Positions 32,355-40,000 of a DNA stretch of 40,000 nucleotides are shown piece after piece (positions within the stretch are counted from its first letter, which is position 1; the number at the start of each line of letters is the position of its first letter). Below the pieces are notes generated by a model, which saw only the letters and a list, made by a program, of their open reading frames with translations, ran no database searches and had not been told where the DNA came from. The position numbers were made by a program, and so were the translations under genes. Source of the stretch: Lebetimonas sp. JH292 (lineage in GTDB: Bacteria > Campylobacterota > Campylobacteria > Campylobacterales > Nautiliaceae); contig NZ_ATHQ01000001.1 in NCBI RefSeq assembly GCF_000523275.1, forward strand, positions 1,021,289-1,061,288, given 5' to 3'.

Positions 32355-32466
32355 AAATTAAACATGGCCGGAAAAAAATAAAAACTCCTTAGGATATTGC
32401 TTCATTCATTTTATTCCTCCTAAAAGCCCTTCTTCTTTTCCGGTCATATTTAATTTTATTTTTTTG

Positions 32467-32472
32467 TATAAT
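32467..32472 (+). promoter_or_regulatory. -10 box TATAAT upstream of fdhD
   Basis: TTGTATAAT, 19 nt upstream of the fdhD ATG, with the RBS AAAGGAG in between. This would give a very short leader. Confidence 0.4.
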
Positions 32473-32490
32473 ACTTTTAAAGGAGTTTAA

Positions 32491-33279
32491 ATGGATGCTA
32501 CATATAATTTTGAAATTACAAAAATTAAAGGTGATAAAAAATTTAAATTCAATGATACCCTAATCAGGGAAATCAGATTGGATATTTATGTAAACAATGA
32601 AAAAATTGTTTCAATGATGGCTACCCCTGTTGACCAGGAAGCGCTGGCGATAGGATATTTGATAAGTGAGGGGATTATAAAAGATATTAAAGATATAGAA
32701 AATTTAAAATTAAAAAAAGACGGATTGATTGTTGATATAAAGGCGAAAATAAATAAAGAGAAAGCTAAAAAGTTAAGTGAAGAGGGTATAATTGTAAGCG
32801 GATGCGGAAAAAGTATCAGCGCAAATTTAGATATTGACCCTGAAAAAATTGATGCGGCTAAAATAGAGAGTGATTTTAAGATTAGAGCCGCTGAAATTTC
32901 AAAGCAGATGGATGAATTTTATAAATCATGTCCTCTGTATGAACAAACCGGATGTGTGCATACGGCAAGAATTTATTTTGATGAAAATAACTATTTTGAT
33001 GCAGAAGATATTGCCCAGCATTCTACTATTGATAAAGCGGTGGGAAAGGCTATTTTAAATGAATTTAATCCGCAAAACGGAATTATGATGGTAAGCGGAA
33101 GGCTCAGCAGTGAAATGGTTGTAAAAGCGGTTATGCATAAAATCCCAATTTTGATTTCAAGAACGGCTACCACCTGTCTCGGATTTAAAATAGCTGAAAA
33201 ATTTAATTTAACTCTTGTGGGTTTTGCAAGGGGAGATAAAATGAATGTATATACCCATGATTACAGAATTGTTGTTTAA
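32491..33279 (+). CDS. fdhD: Formate dehydrogenase accessory sulfurtransferase FdhD
   Basis: 262 aa. ALAIGYLISEGII, the Cys loop VSGCGKS, and the C-terminal ISRTATT...LTLVGFARG pattern of FdhD. Confidence 0.88.
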   Translation: MDATYNFEITKIKGDKKFKFNDTLIREIRLDIYVNNEKIVSMMATPVDQEALAIGYLISEGIIKDIKDIENLKLKKDGLIVDIKAKINKEKAKKLSEEGIIVSGCGKSISANLDIDPEKIDAAKIESDFKIRAAEISKQMDEFYKSCPLYEQTGCVHTARIYFDENNYFDAEDIAQHSTIDKAVGKAILNEFNPQNGIMMVSGRLSSEMVVKAVMHKIPILISRTATTCLGFKIAEKFNLTLVGFARGDKMNVYTHDYRIVV

Positions 33280-33288
33280 GGAGCAGAT

Positions 33289-34017
33289 ATGATAAAAGAA
33301 TTAATAGAAAAATATAAAAACGATGAAAATAAATTAACTTGTGCAAAAGCTTATGTAGTTGCTAAAAAAGCTGGGGTTGAACCTATCGTTGTAGGAAAGA
33401 TGGCTGATGAAATGGGTGTTAGGATTACTGACTGCGGTCTGGGACAGTTTGGAGGGCTTGATTTTACGGACAATTATGAAAAAGAAATTGTTGATGAGCT
33501 TGAAAAATTAGCTGATGATAAAAAAAGGGTTTTTTGCAAAGATGCAAGAAAACTTGCCGAAAAATATAATCTAAAAAAAGTAAGAAGTGCAATAAAAGAT
33601 AACGGATTTGAGGTAATATACTGCGAACTTGGTGTTTTTAAAGAAAAAAAACGTCCACGTGCTTTTATTAAAACAAAAGTCTGGATAGAAAATCAAAAAG
33701 GTGAATTACTGTTTGGAAAAGGAAAAACAGAAATTTTGGAGTTGATAGAAAAAGAAGGTTCGATTGCAAAAGCGGCTGAGAAAATGGGACTTAATTATAA
33801 AAAAGCCTGGTCGCATATCAAAACACTTCAGAAAAACCTTGATGATGAACTGGTAACCGTAGAAAAAGGTGTAAAAGGCGGCACATATTTAACTCCCAAG
33901 GCAAAGGAGTATATTGAAATTTTTAAAGAATTGGAAAGTGAAATTCAGGAATTTGCCAATAAAAGGTTTAAAGAGCTGTTTTTAAAAAAATTAAAAGGCC
34001 CTAAGAAGAAGAATTAA
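33289..34017 (+). CDS. Atypical ModE-family regulator: duplicated Cys-containing N-terminal module + ModE-type wHTH, no Mop/TOBE domain
   Basis: 242 aa. Residues 135-215 (GKTEILELIEKEGSIAKAAEKMGLNYKKAWSHIKTLQKNL...GVKGGTYLTPKAKEYI) align with the E. coli ModE N-terminal HTH (GSISQGAKDAGISYKSAWDAINEMN...GGKGGGGAVLT). Residues 15-120 contain two copies of a roughly 40-aa motif, C..A...A...........G..I..C.LG.F. Confidence 0.7.
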   Translation: MIKELIEKYKNDENKLTCAKAYVVAKKAGVEPIVVGKMADEMGVRITDCGLGQFGGLDFTDNYEKEIVDELEKLADDKKRVFCKDARKLAEKYNLKKVRSAIKDNGFEVIYCELGVFKEKKRPRAFIKTKVWIENQKGELLFGKGKTEILELIEKEGSIAKAAEKMGLNYKKAWSHIKTLQKNLDDELVTVEKGVKGGTYLTPKAKEYIEIFKELESEIQEFANKRFKELFLKKLKGPKKKN

Positions 34018-34672
34018 AAAGATGATTAATTATATCAATATTTAATTTATATTTTCTCTTTGGCAGTTTTGTAATAATATTTTTATCCTGCAAATCTTTA
34101 AACAGTTTTATCAAGGTAGGTTTGCTGATATCAATTCTTTTCATTATTTCAGGATATAAAAGTGAAAAATTGTAATTATCATCCAAAGAATTTACTATAA
34201 GTTTAATAACTTCCAATTGTTTGCTTTCGCACACTAAAGAAGCTAATTTAAATAAAATAGTAGAATTTTCCAATTCTTTTTTTTGGTATTTAGGAAGCAG
34301 TGTTTCATAAATGCTGTCTAATAATTCTTTTATTTTTATCGGTTTTACTAAGTAATTTGAAACTTTTTCTTTTATTGCCTCAAGTAAATAATCTGTTTCG
34401 GTATAGGCGGTTGTTAAAATAAAAGGAATTTTAAAACCCTGATTTTTTAAAAAAGAGATAAATTCAATTCCGTTTTTATCTTCTATTAAAATGTCGCTTA
34501 TAATTAAATCTATATGGTTTTCTTTTAATATTTTATAAGCTTCTTGTGTATTGCTTGCTAAATATATTTTTTTAACAAAATCTTTAAGAATTTCACCTAA
34601 AGTGTTTAATAAATTTTTATCATCTTCTATATATAAAATGTTAAAATTTTTCAAAATATCATAATTTTTCAT
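34001..34672 (-). CDS. Response regulator (receiver domain + C-terminal winged-helix-like domain)
   Basis: Receiver motifs ILYIEDD, DLIISDI and ILTTAY..KP. I prefer the start at 34672 (MKNYDILK...). The ORF-track start at 34708 adds 12 residues that overlap the kinase gene. Confidence 0.8.
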   Translation of the reverse strand: MKNYDILKNFNILYIEDDKNLLNTLGEILKDFVKKIYLASNTQEAYKILKENHIDLIISDILIEDKNGIEFISFLKNQGFKIPFILTTAYTETDYLLEAIKEKVSNYLVKPIKIKELLDSIYETLLPKYQKKELENSTILFKLASLVCESKQLEVIKLIVNSLDDNYNFSLLYPEIMKRIDISKPTLIKLFKDLQDKNIITKLPKRKYKLNIDIINHLFNSSS

Positions 34673-34695
34673 TACTCGCCTTTGGCAAAATGATT

Positions 34696-36118
34696 TCAAA
34701 CATTGCACATTTTTAATATTCTTTTTGTACCCATTCTATGAATTATATTTTTTGCCTTTATTTTTCCTCCCATAAAGGATATAATCTGTTCTGCCATATA
34801 AAGCCCTATGCCCGTTCCTTGCTGTTTTGTTTTAGTGGTAAAATAGGGCTCAAAAATTTTATCCATTATTGATTCATCTATTCCGCCCGCATTATCTATT
34901 ATACTTATAATTATATCTTTTTTTGTTTCTTTTACCGTTATTAATATCTTTTTTTCTTTTATATCTGAATTTATCAAAGCTTCAATGGCGTTTGTTATAA
35001 AATTGATACATACATGCGAAAGCTCATTCGGATAACCTAAAATTTGGATATCATTTTTTATATTTATTTTTAGGTCAATTTTGTTTTTTTGTTTTTAATA
35101 AACATTCTTTTATCGAAAATCTTTTTTTTATTTTATCAGGAATAAAAAAATTTCTGAAATCTTCTATTGTTTTTGACATATTTTCCGCAATAATCAATGC
35201 TTCTTTTGTTTTGTTTTCAATATATTTGCTCTCAAGTTTTCCAAATTCGTTTTTAATCTGAAAAGATTCGATAATCATGGATAAATTTGCAAGAGGCTGT
35301 CTCCACTGATGTGTAATATTTTGAAGCATTTCTCCCATTGCTGCTAATTTACTTTGCTGGAACATAATTTTATCTTTTTTCCTGATTTCATTAATTTTCT
35401 TTTCTATTCTTTTTTCAAGTGTTTTATTCATTATTTGTAATTCTTTGGTTTTTTCTTCAACTTTTTTTTCAAGTAATGTATTGATATTTTTAAATTTTTC
35501 AATAATCAAAAATATTAATGTAATTGTAATGATAAATACAATAATAATACTTATAATTGAAGCTTTCACGGCAAAAGAAAATTTTTTATCTGTGTTGTTT
35601 TTTTGAATTATTGCTTTTTTGAGGTTTATGTTAATCAGGTTTGATAAATAAATATTAATTAAATTTATATTATTAGATAGTTTTTGAATGTTGATTTCTC
35701 TTGTTGTTAAAAATTTGTTTAATTTATTGTCAATCTCTTTTTTCAGTGTTTTTATATTGTTGAATATCAGATATTCAAATGTGTTTTTTGGTATTGATTC
35801 TGTTTCTAAGTAGTTATTCCACTCTTTTTGTATTAAAATATTTGCGAGTTTTATAACGTTATTTGCTTCTTTAAAACTGATTTCTTTTCTTTTATATTGA
35901 TTTATGGTTTCATAAATATTTATTTTGTATAAATCTTTTATGTGAGAAAGCTTTACAGATGAAACAAGCCTTTTCTGAAAAAGTATGTCAATATCGTTTT
36001 TAAATGAAAATATAGTATATTGGGACATAAAAATAATACTTAAAAGCAATATCGAAATTATTGAGACAATAAGTTTTGTTTTATTTAAAAAACCGGTTTT
36101 TATAAATTTTTTTATCAT
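34696..36118 (-). pseudogene. Sensor histidine kinase split by a single frameshift in an A-rich tract (pseudogene, phase-variable gene or sequence error)
   Basis: 35075..36118 encodes TM, periplasmic domain, TM, coiled coil and the H-box (MGEMLQNITHQWRQPLANL), then stops. The N-box (ILGYPNELSHVCINFITNAIEAL) and the G-boxes (DNAGGI, GTGIGLYMA) continue in another frame, open from about 35094 down to 34696. The shift must lie within AAAAACAAAAAAACAAAA (plus-strand 35078-35096). Confidence 0.75.
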
Positions 36119-37209
36119 TGTATTTCTTTAAAAACATTGTTTTTATATTTATATAAATATGTTTTATTTAAAAGCTGATTGTTTTTATATTCAATCGGAA
36201 TATCTTTAAAAATGTTTTTGGGTGTTTTTTTTATAATTTTTTTTAAATGCTCCTGAGTATAGGGAAATGTTAAATGATTAAATGCGCTAATTAAAATTTT
36301 TGTTGCAAGATATGATTCAAATCCGTAAAATGTCGGCTCTGTTTTTGGATTTAATTTGTGTAGAGATGTCAGATAATTTTTGGCTTCTGTTATATTTGCC
36401 TTATAATAGGGAACAACTTCTGAAAAAATAATATTGTTTTTATTTTTTATCAAAGATATAAGTTTGTCGGGATTAACAAAAGAAATTGTAATAAATAAAA
36501 CATTTTTATCTATTTTCCTATAATTTTTAATAAACAAAGCCGCTATTTCCGCGGTTGAACCGAGAATAATAGCCTGCGGTTTTGAAGAAGAGATTGAATT
36601 TAAGGCTGAATCAATCAAATATGTGTTTCTTTCATATGTCCCCACACTTGATAATGAAAGTTTGTGTTTTTTTAACGTATCACATAAATGAAGATATATT
36701 TCATCACCGTAATCATCATTTTGATATAAAAGAGAAATTTTATTTATATGTTTTTTTAACAGATAATTTATAATGTGTTCAATTTCATCTTTGTAAGATG
36801 CTCTAAAATTAACTACATTTTTATTTTTTCTTAAAAATTCTGCACCTGTGAAAGGGGCAAAAACGAAAATTGAATGTTCATTCACAAAAGGTAAAACCGC
36901 TTTTACCGTAGGGGTTCCTGTGAGGCCGTATAACAGAAATGAATTGTTATTATAAAAATTTATAATATTCGTTTTCATTAAATCGGGTTCGTATTTATCA
37001 TCTTTAAAAATAAATTTAATTTTTTCTTTATTGGGAATATTGAAATTATTATAATATGCTAATGTTCCATATTTTATACTTTCTCCCATGTTTTTCATTA
37101 TTCCGCTAAGAGGAAGTGAAGATGAAATTATATATTTTTTTGGAGCTGAAAAAAGAATATAAGAAATAATAATAATTATCAAAAATAAAATTAAAAAAAT
37201 TTTTTTCAA
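36115..37209 (-). CDS. Periplasmic type-1 solute-binding protein (Leu/Ile/Val-binding-protein-like), probable sensor partner
   Basis: 364 aa with an N-terminal signal or anchor. It overlaps the kinase start by 4 nt. The family call rests on overall pattern only (LPLSG...G......G..LA.....). Confidence 0.55.
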   Translation of the reverse strand: MKKIFLILFLIIIIISYILFSAPKKYIISSSLPLSGIMKNMGESIKYGTLAYYNNFNIPNKEKIKFIFKDDKYEPDLMKTNIINFYNNNSFLLYGLTGTPTVKAVLPFVNEHSIFVFAPFTGAEFLRKNKNVVNFRASYKDEIEHIINYLLKKHINKISLLYQNDDYGDEIYLHLCDTLKKHKLSLSSVGTYERNTYLIDSALNSISSSKPQAIILGSTAEIAALFIKNYRKIDKNVLFITISFVNPDKLISLIKNKNNIIFSEVVPYYKANITEAKNYLTSLHKLNPKTEPTFYGFESYLATKILISAFNHLTFPYTQEHLKKIIKKTPKNIFKDIPIEYKNNQLLNKTYLYKYKNNVFKEIQ

Positions 37210-37260
37210 AACAAACCTTTTTAAAATTTTTACTTTTTAAGCTAACTTTAAGCTTTTTGG

Positions 37261-37269
37261 TGTTATAAT
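37261..37269 (+). promoter_or_regulatory. Extended -10 promoter (TGtTATAAT)
   Basis: TGTTATAAT lies 30 nt upstream of the ATG at 37299. Confidence 0.5.
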
Positions 37270-37298
37270 AGCATTAATCAAAAATTAAAAGGCTGCAA

Positions 37299-38960
37299 AT
37301 GATTGAATATGCTTTTTATACAACTGAACCTTTGGATTTTCCATTAAGTGAAAATATTATTGTAATAAACGATTCAAATACTCCTACAATTATATCAAAT
37401 TCAAAAGAAACAAACCCGATAGTTTATGCCCCTGAAATTAATTTTTATATCAATTCTTCAAAAGCACATATTTTGGAAAAAATTGATGTAATAAATAAAC
37501 TTTATGAGATCAGGGGGATAAAATTAGATTATGCGAAATTTAACGAATATAAAAAAGAAGTTAAAAACAGGCTTTTAATTATAGGGAATAAAGAAGAAGC
37601 TGAGAATTTTGATGATTTAAAAGAATTTGACAAATATTATTCCCTTCCTGAATGGATAAAAGATATCAGTGGAACAATAGGAAATTTGAAATTTACAATT
37701 CAAAAAGGAAATGAATCAATTGATTTGGAAGTGGACCAGGCAATATGGTTTAACGCCCCTGAAATTGCATTTAAACAAAGAGGAATAGTTGATCCGTCTG
37801 ATATAGGAGTGGAAAAAGCAAAACAGATTATAAGAAAAAGAGTAGGAATTTATGAATATAGAAATTATGTTACATACAATAAAGATGTATGTCAGTATCA
37901 TCACAGGGTATTAAAAGAAACATGCGGAAACTGTGCAAATGTATGCCCTACAAATGCTATTATAAAAGATGATGAAACAAAAGAGCTTGTTTTTTCGCAT
38001 ATTGACTGTGACGGATGCGGCGGATGTGTAAGTGTTTGTCCGAGCGGTGCGTTGGATTTCAGTGCAATTCCAAGAGATTCTTTTTATGAAATTTCTAAAA
38101 TTTTCAGCGGATTTATTCCTTTTATCGTGCCGGAGGATATGGTAGAAAATTTGGAAATTGAATTGCCTAAAAATGTAATTCCTTTTGTAATAGAAGGCAG
38201 AAAATTTTTGGATGAGGTTCATTTATTGACTCTGTTTCAGGACAGCGGGGCTCAAATAGTGTTTTTAAACGATAATTTTTCAAAAGGTGAAAAAGAGGCA
38301 GTTAAATTAATAAATGAGATTTCAAACAGAAAATTTGGAAAAAATGCCGTTTTATTTACCGATAATTCTGAAGAAGCTGAGATACTTTTGTATGAAGCAG
38401 AAAAAATACCTGAAGCAAAATATATGATAAATGAAAACAACTTAAATAAAAGGGAGATTTTTTCAATCAGACTTTCACATTTAATTGAAAATGATGATTT
38501 AGGTGTGATTGATTTAAGTGATAATAATTTCATCCATTACGGAAAAGTAGAAATTGATGAAAATAAATGTACTTTGTGCATGGGATGTGTGAGCGTCTGT
38601 AATGTCGGGGCATTAACCGCTCATGATGAAGACGGCACTTTAAAATTTGATGCTTCTATGTGTACTGCCTGTGGTTACTGCGAGGTTGCATGTGCTGAAA
38701 AATGCCTTAAAGTAATTTCTGATAAGCTTGAATTAAATAAAGACTTTTTCGGACAGAAAACAATGGCAAAAGACGAACCTTTTTATTGCATAATGTGCGG
38801 GAAACCGTTTGCTCCAAAAAAAGCAATTGAGAGAATTGCAGCACAGTTATTACCTATTTTTACAGATGAATTAAAGAAAAAATCTATTTACTGTTGCCCT
38901 GAATGCAAATCGAAACTGTTGTTCAATGAATATATAGAAAGGAAAACCAATGGAAAATAA
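37299..38960 (+). CDS. Multi-[4Fe-4S] ferredoxin-domain protein with C-terminal zinc-ribbon-like CxxC pairs, FDH-associated
   Basis: 553 aa. CGNCANVCP, CDGCGGCVSVCP, CTLCMGCVSVC and CTACGYCEVAC, plus the C-terminal YCIMCG...CCPEC. It immediately precedes the TorD-like chaperone and the TAT FDH genes. Confidence 0.75.
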   Translation: MIEYAFYTTEPLDFPLSENIIVINDSNTPTIISNSKETNPIVYAPEINFYINSSKAHILEKIDVINKLYEIRGIKLDYAKFNEYKKEVKNRLLIIGNKEEAENFDDLKEFDKYYSLPEWIKDISGTIGNLKFTIQKGNESIDLEVDQAIWFNAPEIAFKQRGIVDPSDIGVEKAKQIIRKRVGIYEYRNYVTYNKDVCQYHHRVLKETCGNCANVCPTNAIIKDDETKELVFSHIDCDGCGGCVSVCPSGALDFSAIPRDSFYEISKIFSGFIPFIVPEDMVENLEIELPKNVIPFVIEGRKFLDEVHLLTLFQDSGAQIVFLNDNFSKGEKEAVKLINEISNRKFGKNAVLFTDNSEEAEILLYEAEKIPEAKYMINENNLNKREIFSIRLSHLIENDDLGVIDLSDNNFIHYGKVEIDENKCTLCMGCVSVCNVGALTAHDEDGTLKFDASMCTACGYCEVACAEKCLKVISDKLELNKDFFGQKTMAKDEPFYCIMCGKPFAPKKAIERIAAQLLPIFTDELKKKSIYCCPECKSKLLFNEYIERKTNGK

Positions 38961-39684
38961 ACAATTAGAAGAAGCCAGAGCCTTTTATTACGGTTTTTTT
39001 TCAAAACTGTTTACATTTTTTGATGATGAAAAAAGATTTGAAGGAGTGAAAGAAGCTGCAAAAATTTTATATCAAAATGCGCTTGAACCGAATTCAAAAG
39101 AAGCACTAAAACATTTTATTGAAAATTTTGATGAAAATAAATTAGTTCAGGAATATGATGATATTTTTTATGATTTGGCAAACGACCCTGTGCCAACTAC
39201 AGCCTCTTATTATGATGAAGAGATAGAAAATGGAAAAATGAGGGTTAAAATGGTTGATATTGTTTTATCGTCCAAATTCAGAAAAAACGAAAAATTTACT
39301 GATACAGAAGATGATATTGGATTTATTTTGCCGTTTATGCATTATTTGATTTTGGAAAAAATAAACGGAGATGAAAAAGCGGTTTGGCTTGAGGAAAAAA
39401 CATTTGATGTTTTAAATACTTTTATTGATGATTTTATAGAAAATGTTTATATGCACTCAGCCGCAGACCTTTATAAAGATATTGCCGTGGTATTAAAAGC
39501 TTTTATAGAAACAGAGAGAATGTATCTTGAAAAACCAAAACCAACTATTGAGAAAGTTTCCAAAAAAATTGATATTAAAACCGTTCAGGATGAAGAGGCA
39601 AGAATAAGAAAAGCTAAAAAGAAAAAAGAAAAAAATCTTGTTTGTAATTTGGAAGAAGGCGGGGATGTGGAAGATGATGTATAG
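38950..39684 (+). CDS. TorD/DmsD-family redox-enzyme maturation chaperone (FDH-specific, inferred)
   Basis: 244 aa. The N-terminal ARAFYYGFFSKLF pattern and an all-helical fold, with an acidic/lysine-rich tail. The context is upstream of a TAT-dependent FDH. Confidence 0.6.
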   Translation: MENKQLEEARAFYYGFFSKLFTFFDDEKRFEGVKEAAKILYQNALEPNSKEALKHFIENFDENKLVQEYDDIFYDLANDPVPTTASYYDEEIENGKMRVKMVDIVLSSKFRKNEKFTDTEDDIGFILPFMHYLILEKINGDEKAVWLEEKTFDVLNTFIDDFIENVYMHSAADLYKDIAVVLKAFIETERMYLEKPKPTIEKVSKKIDIKTVQDEEARIRKAKKKKEKNLVCNLEEGGDVEDDV

Positions 39685-39753
39685 AGATATCTGCAGAGCT
39701 TTATGAGCCCTGCCGTTATCTCTATATGAGATAAATCCAAAAAAGGAGTGAAA

Positions 39754-39945
39754 ATGAAAAGAAGAAGCTTTTTAAAAGGTGCACTTGGTGTCGGTGCATT
39801 GAGCGTGGCTTCTTCAACGTTGGTTTTTGCCAAAGCCGACGATGAAGATGTTGGAAATGGGGTTGTAAAAGGACATTCCCCTAAAAAAGAGATTCTCTAC
39901 AGAAAAACCAAAAATTGGGAAATTTATTACAAAAATGCAATATAA
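39754..39945 (+). CDS. Small twin-arginine protein of the 'formate dehydrogenase region TAT target' type
   Basis: MKRRSFLKGALGVGAL... followed by the C-terminal YRKTKNWEIYY, which fits the Y-[HRK]-x-[TS]-x-x-x-x-x-[YF]-Y tail remembered for that family. I chose the ATG at 39754, after AAAGGAG; the track's 39748 start is a GTG. Confidence 0.65.
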   Translation: MKRRSFLKGALGVGALSVASSTLVFAKADDEDVGNGVVKGHSPKKEILYRKTKNWEIYYKNAI

Positions 39946-39954
39946 GGAGAGAAA

Positions 39955-40000
39955 ATGAGCTCACAAGAAAAATTAAACGTTAGAGTGGGCAGAAGGGCGT
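39955..40000 (+). CDS. 5' end of a TAT-exported (periplasmic) formate dehydrogenase catalytic subunit, partial
   Basis: The ATG at 39955, after AAGGAGAG, gives MSSQEKLNVRVGRRA..., the start of a twin-arginine leader. Identity is inferred from context only, with 15 codons visible. Confidence 0.45.
   Translation, partial: MSSQEKLNVRVGRRA

Noticed and set aside
32355-32460. Moco (molybdenum cofactor) riboswitch upstream of fdhD
   Set aside because: The idea is attractive because of the context and the long closing stem. However, I cannot reproduce the Moco motif consensus from memory well enough to score it, and the element lies upstream of the best fdhD -10 box. I have kept it only as an unexplained structured spacer, to be tested with cmscan.
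39748-39753. GTG start for the small TAT protein
   Set aside because: The GTG is part of the AAAGGAGTG ribosome-binding region. The ATG at 39754 has correct spacing and gives MKRRSFLKG.
1-40000. CRISPR arrays, rRNA genes, transposases or integrases, prophage or toxin-antitoxin and defence modules
   Set aside because: I found no regularly spaced direct repeats. No ORF has integrase, transposase, Cas or restriction-enzyme signatures. Although a tRNA (selC) is present, the flanks are ordinary metabolic genes with no visible compositional break.

Overview
AT-rich (about 30% GC by eye), densely coding bacterial chromosome segment. Gene content and promoter style (TGnTATAAT extended -10 boxes, orphan atpE, a TAT-type formate dehydrogenase module with the small formate-TAT protein) suggest Campylobacterota, possibly a Nautiliales-like anaerobe; this is inference only. 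The window is organised around selenium, molybdenum and formate. (1) Housekeeping genes thrS-infC-moeA and atpE. (2) A complete selenocysteine-decoding locus: tRNA-Sec (selC), selA, selB, and a selD that itself carries an in-frame UGA(Sec) followed by a SECIS-like hairpin; the ORF track truncates this gene. (3) The most interesting part is a nine-gene, translationally coupled minus-strand string (18642 down to 9803) ending in selD. In order it encodes a double-cubane/2-hydroxyacyl-CoA-dehydratase-family reductase, its ATPase activator, a YedF-like TusA-DsrE protein, a heavily frameshifted TAT-ferredoxin::Mo-bisPGD oxidoreductase relic, a TAT-exported transglutaminase-like thiol enzyme, a TusA::MerT-like membrane fusion, a periplasmic MerP-like CxxC protein and a DsrE-like protein. 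I read this as a candidate, apparently undescribed, selenium acquisition and delivery system feeding SelD. (4) A divergent Crp/Fnr-family regulator. (5) A selenocysteine-containing cytoplasmic formate dehydrogenase (UGA at 20032-20034 with an E. coli fdhF-like SECIS) fused into a Hyf-type group-4 [NiFe] hydrogenase operon (hyfA,B,C,E,F,G,H,I, hycH, hycI), followed by focA, fdhD and an atypical ModE-like regulator. (6) A binding-protein / histidine kinase (frameshifted) / response regulator operon. (7) The start of a second, periplasmic FDH module (polyferredoxin, TorD-like chaperone, formate-TAT small protein, TAT-FdhA N-terminus). I saw no CRISPR array, rRNA, transposase or integrase. All calls come from reading the sequence and translations by eye; no database search was run.
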